DNA of 64,000 nt from Candidatus Latescibacterota bacterium (GTDB lineage Bacteria > Latescibacterota > UBA2968 > GCA-2709665), in contig OZ250150.1 in assembly GCA_965237675.1 (NCBI GenBank), positions 160,001 to 224,000 on the forward strand, given 5' to 3'. Position numbers and translations under genes: made by a program. This document shows, in pieces, positions 60,133-64,000 of the stretch. The stretch's first letter is position 1. Each line of letters begins with the position of its first letter. The notes under the pieces are model-generated. The model searched no databases and had not been told where the DNA came from. It saw only the letters and a program-made list of their open reading frames with translations.

Positions 60133-62346
60133 ATGGATTCTATCGGGACTGCTTTCCTTCTCGTGGTCGTTATATTCATTCCACTGGTTTCACCCGCGGC
60201 TGAATCGGATTCGCTAGAGTCGCTTGAGGCGGCGACGCATTCTGATCCTAAGGACGGGCGCGCATGGGTGCGCCTCGGGCACGCCTATCTTGATGCGGGT
60301 GACTACAAGCGGGCAAAAGGGGCGTTCAGGAAGGGCATTCGAAGTAACAGTCGGGCCGATGGATACAACGGTCTGGGGCTGGCTTACATGCGCGATCCGG
60401 GCTCCAGGGCGGTGAACAGGAAGGCTTTCGAGTACTTCAGGCGGGCGCTGGCGGCCGATCCCGGCTATGCCGAGGCCAGAATGAATATCGCCCGCCTGCA
60501 GATACAGTTGGGGCAACTGGACGCCGAGAAGGCCCTGAAGGAAGTCATCAAGCACCATCCGGGCTATGCGCCCGCATACCTCGCCCTTGCGGAATGGTTT
60601 CCGGATGGATACGAAGACCGGAGCGTGGTCCTGTATGAGCGGTACCTGGAGTTGCGGCCGGACGACCTGGACGGACACTACGGTCTGGCACTGGCATATA
60701 CCGGGCAACACCGATATGTTCGGGTGCTTGCAATTACGAACCGGGTACTCAAGCAACATCCTGGGTCCGGCCGTTTCCTGCCGCTGGCTGCGCAAGCATA
60801 CACCGCACGAGGTGACGCTGATAGAGCTCTGCAGCTGTTTGACACCTATTTTGGACTCATATCCGAGACAGAGCTGAGGCTTTATAAGGATGTTTCACTG
60901 ATCGCGTCTACCAAGGAGGTGAAAGCGTACAGCTCCAAGCCTTCCGAAGAGGCGGAACACTGGCTGAAGGCGTTCTGGCGCCAGCGGGATCCAACGCTGG
61001 TTTCCGGGGGAGCGCACCGCCAGGCGGAGCACTACCGGCGTATCTGGTACGCACGCACCTATTTTTCCGACAAGATGCATCCCTGGGACCGGCGGGGGGA
61101 GGTTTATATCCGTTACGGTGAACCGGACTATCGTTCCAGATCCGACCGGACCAACAAACCTGCCAGCCTGGATGTACAGTCGGTGAAGGAATTGATCTAT
61201 TTCGTTTTGAATGGGGTGGAGACCTTTGACGTCGAAAAGTACGACCTCGCGTTCACCGATCCGATATATCCAATATCGAGGTTTCTTCTCGGCGGAAACC
61301 GGGTCGCCTGGGAATCATGGGTTTACACCGACGTCGGCGGTGGGATTGAATTTGTGTTCACGGATGAAGCCGGAAACGGAAAGTGGGACTTCGCGCTGCC
61401 TCCACCTATTGATCCGATAAACCCCGACCTTCGGAAAATCAGCCGACTCATGAAGTACAATCCCGCGGTCGTATTTAAGGATGTGGTCTACAGGACGCCG
61501 GATTATTTCGATCTGCCTCCGGGTGTAGAGCCACTGGAGTTCTACTATGACCTTGCCACCTTTGACGGTGGGCCGGGTCGCACCAGGATGGAGATATATT
61601 TCGGCATCCCCGTGGAACACATCACAACCAGGGAAATCGAAGATCGCCTGCTGTCCCAGGTTGAATATACAGTTGCCGTGGTTGACGAGGAAGGTGAGAT
61701 GATTCACCGGGAACGGGACCGGCTCGCGTTTGCAGGACAGCAGAACGCGAAACCGGGTACGTTCGTGCCCCAGATAATAACGGTACGGTTGCCGCCGGGG
61801 GCCTATCGGCTCGCCGTTCAGTTGACGGATCTCTATTCGGACAAGTGGGGGCTGTATCATCAGGATCTGGATGTGCCGGCATATGGAGATTCTCTCAAGC
61901 TGAGCGACCTGGAATTGGCGTGGGGAATATCGAAGACCCGCGGAGCCGCCAAATTCCAGAAAGGCGATGTCTCGGTGGTCCCCATGCCCAGCCGGAGTTA
62001 TGGGAGAGGCCAGAGCGTATTCATTTACTATGAGGTGTATCACTTACTGAAGGATGAGTTCGGTCAAACCCGTTACCAGGTGACTTACACGCTGCGGCAA
62101 AACATCAGGCGGGGATTCAACCCGTTCGGCGCCCTGGCGGCGAAAATACGCCAGTTTGTCCGCAAAGCGGAACCGGAGTTGGTGATAAGCTATGAGCGAG
62201 CGGGGACGGATTCCTCCGAGCCCATCTACTTTGAGCTGGATACGAAAAAGGTAAAGCCGGGTCTTCATCAGATAGAAGTCACGGTTAAAGATCTGAATTC
62301 AAGCACTTCGGCTTCCACGAACGCGGTATTCCGGTTGGATGGATAG
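60133..62346 (+). CDS. Exported TPR + GWxTD-like domain protein with C-terminal Ig-like domains (start uncertain, 60061-60133)
   Basis: Signal peptide, TPRs, FWRQRDP, EHYRRIWYA, PWDRRGEVYIRYGEPD, WESWVY, IEFVFTD. Confidence 0.88.
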   Translation: MDSIGTAFLLVVVIFIPLVSPAAESDSLESLEAATHSDPKDGRAWVRLGHAYLDAGDYKRAKGAFRKGIRSNSRADGYNGLGLAYMRDPGSRAVNRKAFEYFRRALAADPGYAEARMNIARLQIQLGQLDAEKALKEVIKHHPGYAPAYLALAEWFPDGYEDRSVVLYERYLELRPDDLDGHYGLALAYTGQHRYVRVLAITNRVLKQHPGSGRFLPLAAQAYTARGDADRALQLFDTYFGLISETELRLYKDVSLIASTKEVKAYSSKPSEEAEHWLKAFWRQRDPTLVSGGAHRQAEHYRRIWYARTYFSDKMHPWDRRGEVYIRYGEPDYRSRSDRTNKPASLDVQSVKELIYFVLNGVETFDVEKYDLAFTDPIYPISRFLLGGNRVAWESWVYTDVGGGIEFVFTDEAGNGKWDFALPPPIDPINPDLRKISRLMKYNPAVVFKDVVYRTPDYFDLPPGVEPLEFYYDLATFDGGPGRTRMEIYFGIPVEHITTREIEDRLLSQVEYTVAVVDEEGEMIHRERDRLAFAGQQNAKPGTFVPQIITVRLPPGAYRLAVQLTDLYSDKWGLYHQDLDVPAYGDSLKLSDLELAWGISKTRGAAKFQKGDVSVVPMPSRSYGRGQSVFIYYEVYHLLKDEFGQTRYQVTYTLRQNIRRGFNPFGALAAKIRQFVRKAEPELVISYERAGTDSSEPIYFELDTKKVKPGLHQIEVTVKDLNSSTSASTNAVFRLDG

Positions 62347-62503
62347 TCACGGACCGCTCCCATCGCTCGACGATATTCGACGAAGATCGGGACCGGTCGA
62401 ATCACGAATTTGAAACTGAAATGGTTTGATATTGCCGTCAGAGACGGAAGGGAGGGCCTCGCGGCCCTTTTTCTTTGTGTAAGGATGGAGAATTATCCCG
62501 GAT

Positions 62504-62536
62504 TTTACCGAACCCGGGCTCGAGAACGAGTGTCTT
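62504..62536 (+). promoter_or_regulatory. Conserved GWxTD upstream motif, copy C
   Basis: TTTACCGAACC-N15-GTGTCTT. Confidence 0.7.
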
Positions 62537-62666
62537 ACCATGTGAAAGGGATGTATCCGCCGACCCTGTTGCAAACCCTTCCGCCAGGTTGTTTTTCCAG
62601 ACTCTCAATCCAATCACGGATGGCGGGCGAGATCCTGCCGCTTTAGGGATGCAAGGAGCCGCGAAA

Positions 62667-64000
62667 ATGGTTCGTTTTGCATTAGCCGTTTGCCTGTTGG
62701 CGCTGTGCGCCACCCGTGTCGATGCCAGACGATCCGATCCGGCGAGGGTGGACTCGATGCTGGCCGTTGCAGCGGATACGCTGCTTCATAGGGACACGCG
62801 CGAAGCCCTGCTGAAGCGTGCGCTGAGGCACGACCGGTCTGGAAAGACAATGCACGCTCTGGCGCGGTTTTACATGGCCCAGGGCACGCCGGTATCCCGT
62901 CAGACAGCGGGCAGATGGCTGCTGCGGGCCCGGCAGCGGGAACGGAAAAACACGGAATATCTGGCAACTTCCTCTGAGTTGCTGTGGCGGTCCTTGCAGC
63001 GTCCGAACTCCTACCGAAGAGCGCTCGAGGTTCTGGCGCTGGATCCAAATCATGTCGAGGCGCTCTTCTGGGCGGGACGTTTTGTGGTCTGGTCCTGGGA
63101 GATGACCTATTTCACGGATATGCCTGATGACGACACCGAAACGATGCTCGGGAGATATTCAATCAGCGGTAGAAAAACCCTGACGTACGTTGAGTATCCG
63201 GACCTGCAAATTGACCGCGGAATCGCGTACCTGACCCGCGCCATCAGCGCGGATCCCGTCCACTGGCCGTCTCACCAGTACCTCGGGCTATCCTACTACG
63301 CAGCCGGGATGCCCGAGCCCCTCATCGACCTCTTCGAAGCCTATCGAAAGCGGCGTCCGGAGAATTGGAATGCCCACTTTTTCGTGGGCCTCGGCTATCA
63401 GATGAAGGGCGACCTGGAAGCGGCCTATCTGGCGTACGTGGATGGACTGAACCGGATGACTGAAACGGCCCGCAGGTTCATGCAGTCGATCTTTCTGATT
63501 CGAGACCCTGTTCAGGAAAAACGGGGCGGGGCGCCTCCCGGCGAAGAGGAGATCCGCAAGTTCTGGTTCGGGAAGGACCCCATGTTTTCGACTCCGGTGA
63601 ATGAGCGCTTGCTGGAACAGTGCCGGCGCGTGGCGTACTCGAACCTTCGGTTCTCCGATCCCATCAACGGGCGTGAAGGTTGGCAGACCGACCGGGGGCA
63701 GGTCTATATACGATATGGTGACCCGCGTGTCCGCTTTATGAAAGATCCCGCCAGGGGTCGGAAGGAAATATGGGGGTATGGCGAGTTTACGGTGGTGTTT
63801 TTTAATACGGTTTCGTGGGACTCCTGGCTGTTCGGATTGGCCAGGCTGGGAAATAAACGCCTGACACTCGAACAACTGGTGAAGGCGGTACCCGACATCT
63901 ATGAGCATCCTCTGCAATATGACGCCCCCTACCAGACTGCCCAGTTTCGACATGAAGACGGCACGACGCGCGTGGAAGTGTATTACGCCCTTCTGGATGA
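62667..64000 (+). CDS. Exported TPR + GWxTD domain protein (runs off the window)
   Basis: Manual translation: MVRFALAVCLLALC..., TPRs, FWFGKDP, NERLLEQCRRVAYSNLRF, GWQTDRGQVYIRYGDP, EIWGY; AAGGAG RBS. Confidence 0.9.
   Translation, partial: MVRFALAVCLLALCATRVDARRSDPARVDSMLAVAADTLLHRDTREALLKRALRHDRSGKTMHALARFYMAQGTPVSRQTAGRWLLRARQRERKNTEYLATSSELLWRSLQRPNSYRRALEVLALDPNHVEALFWAGRFVVWSWEMTYFTDMPDDDTETMLGRYSISGRKTLTYVEYPDLQIDRGIAYLTRAISADPVHWPSHQYLGLSYYAAGMPEPLIDLFEAYRKRRPENWNAHFFVGLGYQMKGDLEAAYLAYVDGLNRMTETARRFMQSIFLIRDPVQEKRGGAPPGEEEIRKFWFGKDPMFSTPVNERLLEQCRRVAYSNLRFSDPINGREGWQTDRGQVYIRYGDPRVRFMKDPARGRKEIWGYGEFTVVFFNTVSWDSWLFGLARLGNKRLTLEQLVKAVPDIYEHPLQYDAPYQTAQFRHEDGTTRVEVYYALLD

Overview
GC-rich bacterial chromosomal window. 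The gene content (PhyH dioxygenases, Gfo/Idh/MocA, heparinase II/III-like protein, GWxTD-TPR proteins, giant Calx-beta/Ig-repeat autotransporter) resembles Latescibacterota/Gemmatimonadota-type, possibly sponge-associated, bacteria; this is inference only. It contains partial fumC, a LysR regulator, a nucleotide-sugar cluster, MeaB plus a B12-binding domain, sugar/amide catabolic genes, a NatAB-like ABC-2 exporter, nfeD-floA-yqfB, tRNA-Leu(CAA), tRNA-Met(CAT), three type II toxin-antitoxin pairs, argR-C-B-D-G-H, a ~2470-aa repeat adhesin and three GWxTD-family loci (one decayed). Main observations: (1) the motif TTTACYGAACC-N15-GTGTCTT sits in front of all three GWxTD loci, suggesting an ECF-sigma regulon; (2) a TGAAAC-N16-CGTCTAA promoter would drive a ~67-nt terminated RNA with a CCCUCCC seed upstream of the ABC exporter; (3) a modular MITE-like family with nested repeats occurs three times; (4) a REP-flanked RAYT pseudogene; (5) a primase-like protein apparently lacking catalytic motifs is coupled to argH; (6) a probably leaderless toxin gene with a non-canonical start. 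All calls are by eye, with no database searches.
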